Translations under genes and position numbers: made by a program
Shown: one piece after another, positions 1 to 9,661 of the stretch
Layout of the letters: each line of letters begins with the position of its first letter
How positions within the stretch are numbered: the first letter of the stretch is position 1
DNA from: Planctellipticum variicoloris
GTDB lineage: Bacteria; Planctomycetota; Planctomycetia; Planctomycetales; Planctomycetaceae
NCBI RefSeq assembly: GCF_030622045.1
Contig: NZ_CP130886.1
Span: forward strand, 1,313,557-1,377,556
Reading direction: 5' to 3'
DNA length: 64,000 bases
Notes under the pieces: model-generated
Told to the model about the DNA's origin: nothing
What the model saw: only the letters and a program-made list of their open reading frames with translations
Databases searched by the model: none

Positions 1-787
1 ACTCCATCGGCGGCGGCGAGTTCGGCGAGCGATACCACTGCAGCCGCTTGGCCAGGATGGTGGGCGCCACGTGGAGCCCCCCCGGCGACTCATAGCCTTC
101 ACGTTTGAAAAAATAGCCGACGACCCGGACGGGAGTCCGCAGATTCTGGCCCGGCTCCATCCCCTTCGGCAGGCTCGTGCAGACGACCCGATAGGGGTGA
201 GTGCTGGAATCGTCGGTGAAGATCCAGGCCTCGTAGAGCTTGCGGAGGCCGTACGAATTCTCCGCGGCGGCGAATTCCCGCAGTCGCCACATCTCTCCGG
301 TGACCGTGACGACGTCGCCGCGGAACCGCTCGGACTCCGCCATCAGGTTGATGTAGAGGACGTCTTTGCGGGCGGCCCGTTCCAGATCGCTGGCCGGAAC
401 GTCGCGAGCATGGGCCAGGACCCGAAAAAAGCTGTCGCCTTCATCCCGGCGAATCCCGATCGTATTGTCGCGAACGCCGTCCAGCCATCCGGCAGGCAGA
501 GCCACCCCCATGTCGGCTGCCGCGACGCGCAGTTCCTCCTCGGGCAGCACAGGCGTCGCACTCACCCGGAACTCGTCGTCCCGCAACGGCGAATCTTCCT
601 TGATGGAATAGTCCGCTTCCAGGTTGCGCGCGGGATTGGCGGGCGGAGATTTGACGTTCAGACTGGAAAATCGCCAGGTTTCGACCAGCCACAGGAACAG
701 GCCGAACATCACCACTGCAACGATCATCCGGGCCTGAAACCGACGGTTCAGGAATCTCGGATTCTTGTTGGAGAGCTGGAAGCGCAT
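1..787 (-). CDS. Hypothetical membrane-anchored protein. Start codon is at 787..785; the gene continues past the left edge of the window, so it is 3'-truncated here.
   Basis: Manual reverse-strand translation gives an uninterrupted frame: MRFQLSNKNPRFLNRRFQARMIVAVVMFGLFLWLVETW...YRSPNSPPPME. It has an N-terminal TM helix and protein-like composition. No stop falls inside the window, so the ORF track missed it. The plus-strand ORF 71..1450 is its antisense shadow. Confidence 0.45.
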   Translation of the reverse strand, partial: MRFQLSNKNPRFLNRRFQARMIVAVVMFGLFLWLVETWRFSSLNVKSPPANPARNLEADYSIKEDSPLRDDEFRVSATPVLPEEELRVAAADMGVALPAGWLDGVRDNTIGIRRDEGDSFFRVLAHARDVPASDLERAARKDVLYINLMAESERFRGDVVTVTGEMWRLREFAAAENSYGLRKLYEAWIFTDDSSTHPYRVVCTSLPKGMEPGQNLRTPVRVVGYFFKREGYESPGGLHVAPTILAKRLQWYRSPNSPPPME

Positions 788-1446
788 GAGAGAACGGTCT
801 TTGCGATCAGGCTCGCAGCGGAGGCAGCCCCCCCAGATTGCGTGGTCGGAAAAATCGCGAGAGTTTGCATTGTAGCGACTGTCGAGTTCGCCACAACCTC
901 TGCTGCGTCAGGAGGTTTGACCGATCAGTCCCGGGGGTTCCGTCGTGACGGGCTGCTCCGGAAGTTCGAAGTGATTACGGTTTGGCCCGTTGATCGGCTG
1001 GCCCCGTTTGCGTTTCTCCTGGAATGGAACCTCCCGATCGGCAACGGAAGGCCGTTCCAGCGCGGCAGGCTGAGAACGGGTCTGGTTCGCCGGGTGGGCG
1101 CGGGGTACCATGCAAAAGTCGGTGCAGTGATGTCCGCGGAGCTGTACGGTGTTATGGTGGGAATGTTCCTGTGCTGTCCGTGGCAGACTGATCTGCGATC
1201 CTGTCGATTGACGATTTCATTCCATGCCAGCGTTCGTCCAGTCACGTGCCGAAGTCCGACGCCGTCGCGGCGCGACGCTGGACTATGTGCTCGTGCTGGC
1301 GGCGACGTTTCCGGTGGTGCTGATTGTGACTGTCTATGGAAAACGGACGATGGCGCTCGTCTGGGAAATGTTGTGCGTGCAGGTCTCGTGGCCGTTTCTC
1401 TAGGAACGGATTTCCAGGAAACACAGGCGATGCAGGAGTCGGGGAC

Positions 1447-1671
1447 GTGAGCAGCAATTCGATTCGCCGGTTCTGGGGACGTCTGCACCGGGACGAGCGG
1501 GGCGCGGTCAGTCTGGAGACGATTCTGATCGTCGCCGCGATCGTCATTCCAATCCTGATCTTCCTCCTCAAGTATGGCTGGCCGACGATCAAGAACTACT
1601 TCAACACCGGCCTCCAGAACCTGGAGAACGAATCCAATAACGTCATCAACGGCGGTTCGACGTCCAACTGA
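1447..1671 (+). CDS. flp: Flp/Fap-family type IVb pilin (Tad pilus major subunit)
   Basis: Short hydrophobic protein with the Flp prepilin motif ERG/AVSLETILIVAAIVIPILIFLL (Gly, then Glu at +5). GTG at 1447 is preceded by AGGAG about 10 nt upstream. A prepilin peptidase gene follows immediately. An ATG at 1336 would give an implausibly long leader. Confidence 0.7.
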   Translation: MSSNSIRRFWGRLHRDERGAVSLETILIVAAIVIPILIFLLKYGWPTIKNYFNTGLQNLENESNNVINGGSTSN

Positions 1672-1687
1672 CGCGGAGAATGCGGGC

Positions 1688-2239
1688 ATGCTGCTGTGGG
1701 CCGTGCTGCTGGCGCTGCTGGCGGTCGCCGCCGGCACTGACCTCAAGTGGCAGAGAATTCCGAACTGGATAACCTACCCCGGCAGCCTGCTGGGTCTCGC
1801 GCTGCGGGGACTTCTGGGAGGCTGGCCGGCCGCCGAAGACGGCATTCGCGGTCTGGTCCTCTGCGGCGGCATCATGCTGCTCTGTTTCGTCATGTTTCAA
1901 CTCGGGGGGGGCGACCTCAAGCTGGTGGCGATGATGGGCGCGTTTCTGGGTTGGGAGCGAGGCATTGAGGCCTTGCTCTGGACCTTCGTTCTGGGAGGAG
2001 TTCTCGGCGTGGCCTGGCTCATCTGGCAGATCGGCGTCTTCCGGATTCTGACCGCGACTTTTCGCCAGATGTCCCGCATCTGGAACGCCCGCGGCTGGGT
2101 TCCGCTGACCGCGGAGGAGCGGCGTCCGCTGCAACAGCAGTTGTTTCTGGCGCCCGCCGGTCTGCTGGCCGCCGTGATTGTGACCTGGCCCGACTGGCAG
2201 ATGTGGTTGACTGCTGACGGCGTTGGCGGGAATCGCTGA
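1688..2239 (+). CDS. cpaA: Prepilin peptidase CpaA/TadV (A24 aspartic peptidase)
   Basis: Polytopic membrane protein with TDLKWQRIPNWITYPG and GGGDLKLVAMMGAFLGW motifs typical of A24 prepilin peptidases. Start chosen at the first ATG after flp. Confidence 0.75.
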   Translation: MLLWAVLLALLAVAAGTDLKWQRIPNWITYPGSLLGLALRGLLGGWPAAEDGIRGLVLCGGIMLLCFVMFQLGGGDLKLVAMMGAFLGWERGIEALLWTFVLGGVLGVAWLIWQIGVFRILTATFRQMSRIWNARGWVPLTAEERRPLQQQLFLAPAGLLAAVIVTWPDWQMWLTADGVGGNR

Positions 2240-2262
2240 CGCTCGCGATCGAAGGGAAAACG

Positions 2263-3243
2263 ATGGACCGCAGCGTGCTCGAATCGTGCTGGCCGGGGCT
2301 GGTCGCCCTGACGGTGTGTTTCGTGCTGCTGCGGATTCTGGCCCGGGCGAGCGGCGCCCGTTGGGACTGGTCCCGGCTGGAGCGAGTCCATCGCTGCGAG
2401 CAGGGGGGCGTCCAGAGCCTGGCCTTCGTGCTGACGTTTCCGCTGTTCCTGGCGATTCTGATGCTGATCGTGCAGATCAGCCAGCTCATGGCGGCGCAGA
2501 TGGTGGTGCACTACGCGGCGTTTGCCGCGGCGCGGGCCGCCTGCGTCTGGATCCCCGCCGAGGTCTGCGGATCGGTCGACGAACCGGCGAACGTGCAAGC
2601 GGTTTATCCGCAGTCCAGCAGCACCATCGACAGCATGAGCCTGGTCAACATTGATTCCACCCTCGTCAGTCCCAAGCTCCAGCAGATCCGGTCAGCGGCC
2701 GTGCAGGCCATTGCGCCGATCTGCCCGTCGGCCGACCTGGGCTCGACGACTTTTCCATCAATGGCGAATCTCGAACGGATTTCCGCGCAGCAGCAGGCCT
2801 ATGCAGCTCTGGTCCCCGCGTCGCAGGCGAACTCCCGGATTCCGGGCCGGCTGCGCAACAAGCTGATGTATGCCGACCAGAACACGACAGTCACGCTGCG
2901 CTGGCTGGACGCGATGAGCCAGCAGGGGCGGGATTCGCTGTCGCATCGAACCTACAACCCCCGCAACCACGACAACCCGTCCATCATCTTCGATCCATAT
3001 GAAGTCGGATGGCAGGACCCGTTGACGGTTCGTGTCGAACATCAGTTCGCGCTGCTGCCCGGCCCCGGCCGACTGCTGGCGAAGTACATTGTCCGGGCCG
3101 ACGGTCAGCCCGATGCCGTCGCCCCGAAGATCCAATCCGCCACTGGATACCGCCAGCGGGTGAATACGACCCGGATCTTTGCGGAAGCGACGCTGAGCAA
3201 CGAAGGCATCAAGTCCGTCAGGCCGTATCTCCATGAACGGTAA
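2263..3243 (+). CDS. TadE-like pseudopilin / Flp pilus assembly protein
   Basis: N-terminal TadE-like hydrophobic segment QSLAFVLTFPLFLAILMLIVQISQLMAAQMVVHYAAFAAARAA, then a periplasmic domain. Lies inside the tad operon. Confidence 0.65.
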   Translation: MDRSVLESCWPGLVALTVCFVLLRILARASGARWDWSRLERVHRCEQGGVQSLAFVLTFPLFLAILMLIVQISQLMAAQMVVHYAAFAAARAACVWIPAEVCGSVDEPANVQAVYPQSSSTIDSMSLVNIDSTLVSPKLQQIRSAAVQAIAPICPSADLGSTTFPSMANLERISAQQQAYAALVPASQANSRIPGRLRNKLMYADQNTTVTLRWLDAMSQQGRDSLSHRTYNPRNHDNPSIIFDPYEVGWQDPLTVRVEHQFALLPGPGRLLAKYIVRADGQPDAVAPKIQSATGYRQRVNTTRIFAEATLSNEGIKSVRPYLHER

Positions 3244-4792
3244 CCTGCCCGCTCCGAATCTGCTGACCGCCGCCTGCAGGCAGGGCCGGGGCCTGGTGCT
3301 GCGCGTGCATCGCGACGAACGGGGCGTCATCAGCGTTCTGACGGTCTTCGCGACGTTTCTGTTTACGATTCTGCTGGTGATGCTGATCAACGTCGGCCGG
3401 CAGATCGACGACAAAATTCGCATGCAGAACGCCGCCGATGCGTCGGCCTATTCGGGGAGCGTGGCGATCGCCCGCGGCATGAACGCCCTGGCCTTCAGCA
3501 ACCATCTGCTCTGCGAAGTCTTCGCGCTGACGGCCTACATGCGTGAAGGCCGGGACCAGAATGCGGAGAAACTGGTCCCGGAGATTCTGCAGGCCTGGCG
3601 GGTGGTCGGGACGCAGTTCTGGCTTGGAACTGGAAGCAGGGTCCATTCGCAGAAGTTCAAGTTGATGGGCCGGGCGATCGTGGACAAAGCCGATGTCGAG
3701 CAGAAGATGGTCGACGCGTTCGGCGCGCTGGCCCACGAACAGTCCCGCATTTCGCTGCCGCTGTTTGAGTACATTCTCGCCGGGCCGAACGGTCAGGGAG
3801 ATCCGCTGGGGGGATTCATTCCGCGTTTCCAGCGAGCCGTCGTCCGGGCCACTCCGATTCTCGCCGAGACGGCGGTTGACGACATCGTCCAGCGCTACGG
3901 GACGTCTTCGCAGGGGATCCACGAGAACCAGCCGTTGCGAGCGCTCCTCTGGCGCAGCAATGTCCTCGCGGTCGGATACACCGACGAGGACGACCCCAGG
4001 GCCCGCACCGTGCCGGCCCTGGACCCGTCGCCGATGGGCGTCGACACGATGATGCCGAACCTGGATGAGTACTTCCGGCGGGCGTCCGATCGTCGGCGGT
4101 CTCTGGCGTTCTTCTACCTGGAAGACTGGATCCGCCACTGGCAAACGAAGTACTTCGAATACCCCACACCGTCGTATTCGTCCCGGGAGGGGGACACGAC
4201 CGCCAAGATGTCGCAATATATCAATCTGTGGCGAATCTTTACGTGTTATCAACTGAATAAGCTGCTCGACGAATATCCCAACACAAACCTGCCGCATATG
4301 CTTCGCGAGCTCGATGCCTCGACGGGGGGCGGGTGCGCCGGTTTCGATTCGCAGCAGCAGGCGACGCTCGAACGGGACTACCAGTTCGTCGGGACCGCCT
4401 ACTGGCCGCCGCTGTCGACGATGTTTCCGGGATTGTTTCGCAATCCGCTGGAGCGCGACTCTCGGAACTACGCGGTCACGTTTGCTCAGGCCGAGATCTA
4501 TATTCCGTTTCGAAGATATGCCTGCTGCCCGTGGGCCTATCCGGTGGCCTGCACCGATGAGAACGGTCAGCCGGCGACCTGCTGGATCAATCAGTACGAC
4601 AACTGGCCGCACGAGTGGGATTTGTTCAATCAGAACTGGACCGCCCGCCTGACGCCGGCGACGGCGCCAAGCCTGATTCCCGTTCTGCAGACGCACCCGA
4701 GCCGCTATCTGACCGGCTCCCTGACGAGCTATGTTCCACCCCGCGTGGGCGCCTTGAGCCAGACGCAGTTGCAGATCGTCAGCCCGCACTGA
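3233..4792 (+). CDS. TadG-like (TadE/G-like) Flp pilus-assembly protein
   Basis: N-terminus RGVISVLTVFATFLFTILLVMLINVGRQIDDKIRMQNAADASAYSGS matches the TadE/G-like domain. Large periplasmic remainder. Overlaps the upstream gene by 11 nt. Confidence 0.65.
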   Translation: MNGNLPAPNLLTAACRQGRGLVLRVHRDERGVISVLTVFATFLFTILLVMLINVGRQIDDKIRMQNAADASAYSGSVAIARGMNALAFSNHLLCEVFALTAYMREGRDQNAEKLVPEILQAWRVVGTQFWLGTGSRVHSQKFKLMGRAIVDKADVEQKMVDAFGALAHEQSRISLPLFEYILAGPNGQGDPLGGFIPRFQRAVVRATPILAETAVDDIVQRYGTSSQGIHENQPLRALLWRSNVLAVGYTDEDDPRARTVPALDPSPMGVDTMMPNLDEYFRRASDRRRSLAFFYLEDWIRHWQTKYFEYPTPSYSSREGDTTAKMSQYINLWRIFTCYQLNKLLDEYPNTNLPHMLRELDASTGGGCAGFDSQQQATLERDYQFVGTAYWPPLSTMFPGLFRNPLERDSRNYAVTFAQAEIYIPFRRYACCPWAYPVACTDENGQPATCWINQYDNWPHEWDLFNQNWTARLTPATAPSLIPVLQTHPSRYLTGSLTSYVPPRVGALSQTQLQIVSPH

Positions 4793-4821
4793 CCTCGCAA
4801 GACCGCACACTGTCCGCAGGA

Positions 4822-5916
4822 ATGTCCGCCGTGATCGCCCGCCATCATCGCCGCGACCGTGAATGCCGCCCCGCGGCCAGCCGGGCCGGACTGGCGCCCC
4901 TGGAACTGACGCTCAGCATCCCGTTTCTGATGCTGATGACGGCGCTGATGATCAACATCGGCTTCGTCGGGGCCTGGAAGGTGCGCGCTCAGGGCTCAGC
5001 GCGCTATGCCACGTGGCGCTCGCTGGCGGTCCGGACCGGGCAATGGAATCCTCCCCCCGACAACTGGCCGGCGGGATCGCCGCTGAGCTCCGAATCCGGA
5101 GCTGACCTGCCTCAGGTCGACGCAATCTGGAATCAACCGCCAGATCTGACGGTTCAGTGCATCCGTGGTCCGCTCCTGACCGCTCCCAGCACTCAGGAAG
5201 TGATGATCGTCCAGGGGCGGCTGGAAATGGACGGCAGCGTCCATCGCGGTCGCGCTCAAGTCAGCAAACCCGTGCCCCTGTTTCGAGGCTCTATGCCGGG
5301 CGGGCTGGGACGGTTGTCGTTCAATTTGTCGCAGGATCTGCTCGACCATCGCTGGCAGTTCTTCTCGCTGGGAATTCCCGACAACATGTATCCGCGGGCG
5401 CGGGTCTGGTACGACATGGAGCACCTCGATTTCGCCAACCTCAGCGGACAGGCCTCCGGCAAGTACGACCAGCTCGAACAGCTCTGGCAGCAACTGGTCA
5501 ACAGCTCCGACCGCCGACATCTCAAGACTCTGGATCAGGACGAGGAGTTCATCCGCTATTACGGCAGGGCGCCGGACTTCTATCCCAGGCTGCCGCGGGA
5601 ATGCGCCGGCGATGTGGTTACCGTTCGTATTACGACGGTGGAACCGTTGATTCAGCAGATTGAAGCTCTGCCGTGTACAATGTCGACGTCATTCATGCGG
5701 CTCTACGACAAGTGGCGCTGTGAGTTGGAACTCTGTATGTTTCCCGACATATTTGTCGAGCCGCTCCGCGAGCGTTACGACGACTTGAATGACCTTCGAG
5801 GATTACTTCCGACTTCGATGCGTTGTCCTTCCCTCAAAGATCTGGAGCATTGCTACTGCGAGGGGCGTGGTTGTCCGCCGCCTTGCCCCCCATCTCCGGT
5901 GGGAGTCGGGTACTGA
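4822..5916 (+). CDS. TadE-like pseudopilin (third copy)
   Basis: Internal ATG at 4822 gives MSAVIARHHRRDRE..LELTLSIPFLMLMTALMINIGFVGAWKVRAQGSARYATW, a TadE-like N-terminal helix. The ORF track begins further upstream at 4615. Confidence 0.55.
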   Translation: MSAVIARHHRRDRECRPAASRAGLAPLELTLSIPFLMLMTALMINIGFVGAWKVRAQGSARYATWRSLAVRTGQWNPPPDNWPAGSPLSSESGADLPQVDAIWNQPPDLTVQCIRGPLLTAPSTQEVMIVQGRLEMDGSVHRGRAQVSKPVPLFRGSMPGGLGRLSFNLSQDLLDHRWQFFSLGIPDNMYPRARVWYDMEHLDFANLSGQASGKYDQLEQLWQQLVNSSDRRHLKTLDQDEEFIRYYGRAPDFYPRLPRECAGDVVTVRITTVEPLIQQIEALPCTMSTSFMRLYDKWRCELELCMFPDIFVEPLRERYDDLNDLRGLLPTSMRCPSLKDLEHCYCEGRGCPPPCPPSPVGVGY

Positions 5917-5919
5917 ACC

Positions 5920-6876
5920 GTGGCAACAACTTCTGCAGCATCTGAAGTCTCCCCTTCGACCACTCCGCGGCGTTCGCCACGGGCGCTGGCGCGGATCATC
6001 GCCGGCCGGGCGACGGACCTCTTCGCCGTCGGGCTGGTGCTGATGGTGGGGTTGTCGGCCGGCCATCAGATCGTCGCCTGGTGGCGGGTGGAACCTGCGT
6101 CAATGTCCCATCCCGTCGCCGTCGGCGCCGATGAACTGGCCGACTGGGATGCGCGGGCCGTCGATGTGACCATTGGAGACTCCGGGGCGACCCTGTCGCG
6201 TCGAATCATTTCCGGCGATCGATCTTCGGCCGAGCAGGCACTGGCGAAGTTCTGCAGCGACGTGTCTGCCCGCGTGACAGCGTCCGCGGAGCAGGTCAGC
6301 GAGGACGAGGCCGCGTGGTTGCGGCGGATCGAAACACTGCCGACGGCCCTCGAAACAGGCGACAGCGTGGACGCCGTCTATCTGCCGCCCGCTCCGCTTC
6401 CGCAGGCGGTCGCCGTCCGACAGGTCAGCGGCCGAGCCGCCGATGGCGCGGGCCACCGCATCACGGCGACTGCGTGGGCGCTCCCCTATGGAGAGCAACG
6501 CTGGCTGCTCTATGCCACGCCGTTTGTCGCTCAATCCGGGGAACCCGTGACCGGCGAACTCGCGCTTCCGCCGGGAGCCCGGCGCATCCTGGGATGGAGC
6601 GATGAGAACGGCGCTGCGGTGGTGGCCTTTGAAGGAGGCGGTTCGCTGCAGGACTGGAGCGGTTACTATCGCAAACTGGCTCAGCTCGAAACTCAGAACC
6701 TGACCGATGATTCCGCCGTCCTGAGGGGACGTCATTCCAACGCTCAATGGGACGTGCAGTTGCAGTCGAACGGGGATCGCGTCACTGGAATCTGCTGGTG
6801 CACTCCCGCACCTGGCCGCCCGCAGACGTCTCAAACCGCCGAAACGCCGGCGACGGAGTCTGTCTCTCGTCCGTGA
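5920..6876 (+). CDS. Hypothetical membrane-anchored protein inside the tad locus
   Basis: ORF with an N-terminal TM (LFAVGLVLMVGLSAGHQIVAWW). Sits between the pseudopilin genes and cpaB. No recognisable motif. Confidence 0.4.
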   Translation: MATTSAASEVSPSTTPRRSPRALARIIAGRATDLFAVGLVLMVGLSAGHQIVAWWRVEPASMSHPVAVGADELADWDARAVDVTIGDSGATLSRRIISGDRSSAEQALAKFCSDVSARVTASAEQVSEDEAAWLRRIETLPTALETGDSVDAVYLPPAPLPQAVAVRQVSGRAADGAGHRITATAWALPYGEQRWLLYATPFVAQSGEPVTGELALPPGARRILGWSDENGAAVVAFEGGGSLQDWSGYYRKLAQLETQNLTDDSAVLRGRHSNAQWDVQLQSNGDRVTGICWCTPAPGRPQTSQTAETPATESVSRP

Positions 6877-6921
6877 TCTGTCACTTCAGCCTCAGAACGA
6901 CTCTCCAACGAAAGCTGCGAT

Positions 6922-7665
6922 ATGAAGGGTGTGCCGGGAATCGTGCTGGCGCTGGGGCTGGGTCTGGGGGGCGCTCTGCTGAGCTGGTTCTACCTGGAAG
7001 GTCTCGCTGGACGCGACTCGCGCGTCGGCTTCATCGGCATCCGGGCGAACGTCCAGCTCAACGCCGGCGAGGCCATCAGCGCCGAACATCTCGTTCGAGT
7101 CGATATTCCTCGCAGCAGCGTCGGGAATCTCGAACAGGTCGCCCCCCTGTGGGACTATCAGAGCACCGTCGTCGGCCAGACGTCGAACCGCAGCTACCGC
7201 GGCGGCGAGCTTGTTCTCTATCAGGACATTCGCACGCCGGGCCAGCGCGACCTCAATGAGAAGCTCGGCCCCGACGAGGTGGCGCTCTGGCTGCCCGTCG
7301 ATCCTCGCACGTTCAACGCCTCCCGCGTCAATCCCGAGGACGACGTTTCGTTTCTGATTCCCCGGCTGCCCGGCGGCAGCGTGGGGGCCCTGGCCCCGAT
7401 TCCCGAGACCGATCCGGCCCAGCCTCCTACCGGGATGGGGTCCGACATCATCGGCCCGTTCCGGATTCTGGAAATCGGCAACCGGACTGGCCGGACCGAC
7501 GTCTTCCGGGCGGCCGGGGGCCGCGGCGGCAATGAAACCTCGATCACCGTCGTCGCCAAAATGGTGGGAGGCAGGCTGGAAGCCAAGGCCGAACGGATTA
7601 CCGAGTATCTGCGGACCACCCGTTCGCAGGGGCTGCAGGTGCTGCTCCATCCGAAGAAACGCTGA
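6922..7665 (+). CDS. cpaB: Flp pilus assembly protein CpaB/RcpC (SAF domain)
   Basis: N-terminal TM, then a SAF-like region (VGFIGIRANVQLNAGEAISAEHLVRVDIPRSS...) in the position expected for CpaB in tad operons. Confidence 0.6.
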   Translation: MKGVPGIVLALGLGLGGALLSWFYLEGLAGRDSRVGFIGIRANVQLNAGEAISAEHLVRVDIPRSSVGNLEQVAPLWDYQSTVVGQTSNRSYRGGELVLYQDIRTPGQRDLNEKLGPDEVALWLPVDPRTFNASRVNPEDDVSFLIPRLPGGSVGALAPIPETDPAQPPTGMGSDIIGPFRILEIGNRTGRTDVFRAAGGRGGNETSITVVAKMVGGRLEAKAERITEYLRTTRSQGLQVLLHPKKR

Positions 7666-7723
7666 AGTCCCTGACTGCAACCCGTCGCCAGCTCGTCAGC
7701 TCATCGGTCCGATTGCAACATCC

Positions 7724-9607
7724 ATGAAGATCTGGTTCAACAAGATTCACGACAGCCGGCGGACCCTCATCGAGACCGAGGAGTCGACGATCCGTATTGG
7801 CCGCGATCCGTCCAACACGATCGTGCTGCAGAGTCCGCTGGTCTCCAAGCGCCAGGCGGTCGTTTCGCGGGAAAGCGGCCAGCTCAAACTTGAAAACATC
7901 GGCATCAACGGCTGCATGGTCGGCGAAGCCGAAGTTCTCGGCGGCCACTCCGCGCTGTTCAAGGCCGGCGATTCCGTCCGGATCTGGCCGTTCACGCTGA
8001 CGTTCGAATCGGAGGAGGTCTCTCCGATCAGCCGGGCGGAGCTCGAAGCCCACCTGCGGTCGTTGATGGCCGACGTCAATCAGCGGGTGCACCGCAAGCT
8101 GCTGGAGCGGCTGGACCTCTATGAGATCGAAAACAGCCGGGTCGGGAATCCGGACACGATTGTGCTCCTCGAACGGAACATCGAAGACGTCTGCCGCGAA
8201 CTCAACCTGTTCGGGACTGACAACGAGCAGCTCCTGGAGGAAATCGTCGGGCTGACGCTGCGCGATCTGCTGATCAATCAGTTGATTCTGGAGAGCGGCA
8301 AGGAGAACCTCGATTCCCTGGCCCGGCTGACTTACAACGAGTTCGACATTCCCGCCACGCTGGTCCCGGAGCGCGAAGCGGAACTTCACAACCTGCTTGT
8401 CTTTTCTCGCGAACGGCTCGACCTGCAGCACCAGGCGGACCTCAGTTCGAAGATCCGGCGGGTCGAGTCGCAGTTTGCCGAAGTCTTCCCGCTGGTCCGT
8501 CCGCATCTGCATCGCGAACTGCGAAAGTATCTGATCCTGCGGACGCTGAAGAAAGAGCTGAAGGACACCGTCTTCGGCTACGGTCCCCTGCAGGATCTGC
8601 TCCGGGCGCCGACCATCAGCGAAATCATGGTCGTCAAGAGCGACCAGGTCTATGTCGAGCGCGACGGCCTTGTCGAACTTTCCGGCCGCCGCTTCATTTC
8701 CGATAAGGTCACCGAGTCGATCATCGAACGAATCGTGGCTCAGGTCGGTCGTCGGATCGACAAGAGCCAGCCCCTCGTCGACGCCCGCCTGCCCGACGGC
8801 AGCCGCGTCAATGCGATCATCCCGCCGCTGGCGACTCGCGGCCCCTGTCTGACCATCCGCAAGTTTCCGGTCCATCGTTTCACCGTCGACGATCTGATCG
8901 AACTCGGTTCGCTGACGTCGTCCGCGGCAATGTTTCTCCGAGCTTGTGTGGTCGACCACCGGAACATACTCGTCAGCGGAGGGACCGGCACCGGCAAGAC
9001 GACGATGCTCAACATTCTGTCGAGCTTCATTCCGCACAAGGAGCGGATTGTCACGGTGGAAGATACCACCGAACTGCAGCTCCATCAGGACCACGTCGTC
9101 ACGCTGGAGTCTAAGCATGCCAACGTCGAAGGGGCCGGCGAATACACCATCCGCGATCTCGTGCGCAACTCGTTGCGAATGCGGCCCGACCGGATCATCG
9201 TCGGCGAATGCCGGGGGCCGGAAGCCCTCGATATGCTCCAGGCGATGAACACCGGCCACGACGGTTCGATGACCACGGTGCACGCCAACAACACGGAAGA
9301 CGTCATCAAACGCCTCGAAGTGCTGGTGCTGATGGCCGTGGAGCTGCCGGTGGTCTCGATTCACCGCCAGATCGCGTCAGCGCTCGACGTGGTGGTCCAG
9401 ATTACCCGGATGCCCGGCGGCCAGCGCCGGGTCTCCCAGATTTCCGAGGTCGCCGGATACGACGTCGACCGCAGTTCGCTCATCATCCGCGACATCTACG
9501 CATTCCGCGACGGGCAGGTGCTGCATCCCACCGGATACCTTCCCACGTTCATCGATTCGCTGATTGCGAAAGACCTGCTGCAACTGGAATTCCTGTACGG
9601 CGAATAA
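7724..9607 (+). CDS. cpaF: FHA domain fused to CpaF/TadA secretion ATPase
   Basis: N-terminal FHA fold (TIRIGRDPSNTIVLQSPLVSKRQAVVSRESGQLKLENIGINGCMVGEAEV). C-terminal T2SS/T4SS ATPase with Walker A GGTGTGKTTMLN plus ...IIVGECRGPEALDMLQAMNTGHDGSMTTVHAN. Start is the ATG at 7724; the ORF track start at 7532 overlaps cpaB. Confidence 0.85.
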   Translation: MKIWFNKIHDSRRTLIETEESTIRIGRDPSNTIVLQSPLVSKRQAVVSRESGQLKLENIGINGCMVGEAEVLGGHSALFKAGDSVRIWPFTLTFESEEVSPISRAELEAHLRSLMADVNQRVHRKLLERLDLYEIENSRVGNPDTIVLLERNIEDVCRELNLFGTDNEQLLEEIVGLTLRDLLINQLILESGKENLDSLARLTYNEFDIPATLVPEREAELHNLLVFSRERLDLQHQADLSSKIRRVESQFAEVFPLVRPHLHRELRKYLILRTLKKELKDTVFGYGPLQDLLRAPTISEIMVVKSDQVYVERDGLVELSGRRFISDKVTESIIERIVAQVGRRIDKSQPLVDARLPDGSRVNAIIPPLATRGPCLTIRKFPVHRFTVDDLIELGSLTSSAAMFLRACVVDHRNILVSGGTGTGKTTMLNILSSFIPHKERIVTVEDTTELQLHQDHVVTLESKHANVEGAGEYTIRDLVRNSLRMRPDRIIVGECRGPEALDMLQAMNTGHDGSMTTVHANNTEDVIKRLEVLVLMAVELPVVSIHRQIASALDVVVQITRMPGGQRRVSQISEVAGYDVDRSSLIIRDIYAFRDGQVLHPTGYLPTFIDSLIAKDLLQLEFLYGE

Positions 9608-9661
9608 GCAAAATCACTTCCTGATTCGCAAGTTTTCAGCACACGGCAGACTCGAGATCCG

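Noticed and set aside
71-1450. 459-aa plus-strand ORF at the window start
   Set aside because: Arg/Gly/Pro-rich composition with no motifs. It is the antisense shadow of the minus-strand gene 1..787 plus the open frames of a high-GC intergenic region.
3218-4810. 530-aa minus-strand ORF antisense to tadG. Similar long antisense ORFs at 7598..9364 (-), 18141..19661 (-), 31133..32878 (-), 43539..46943 (-), 39786..40955 (-) and 54031..54897 (+).
   Set aside because: All lie fully opposite well-supported genes and have RRRR/GGPG-type low-complexity translations. These are classic stop-poor antisense frames in roughly 65%-GC DNA.
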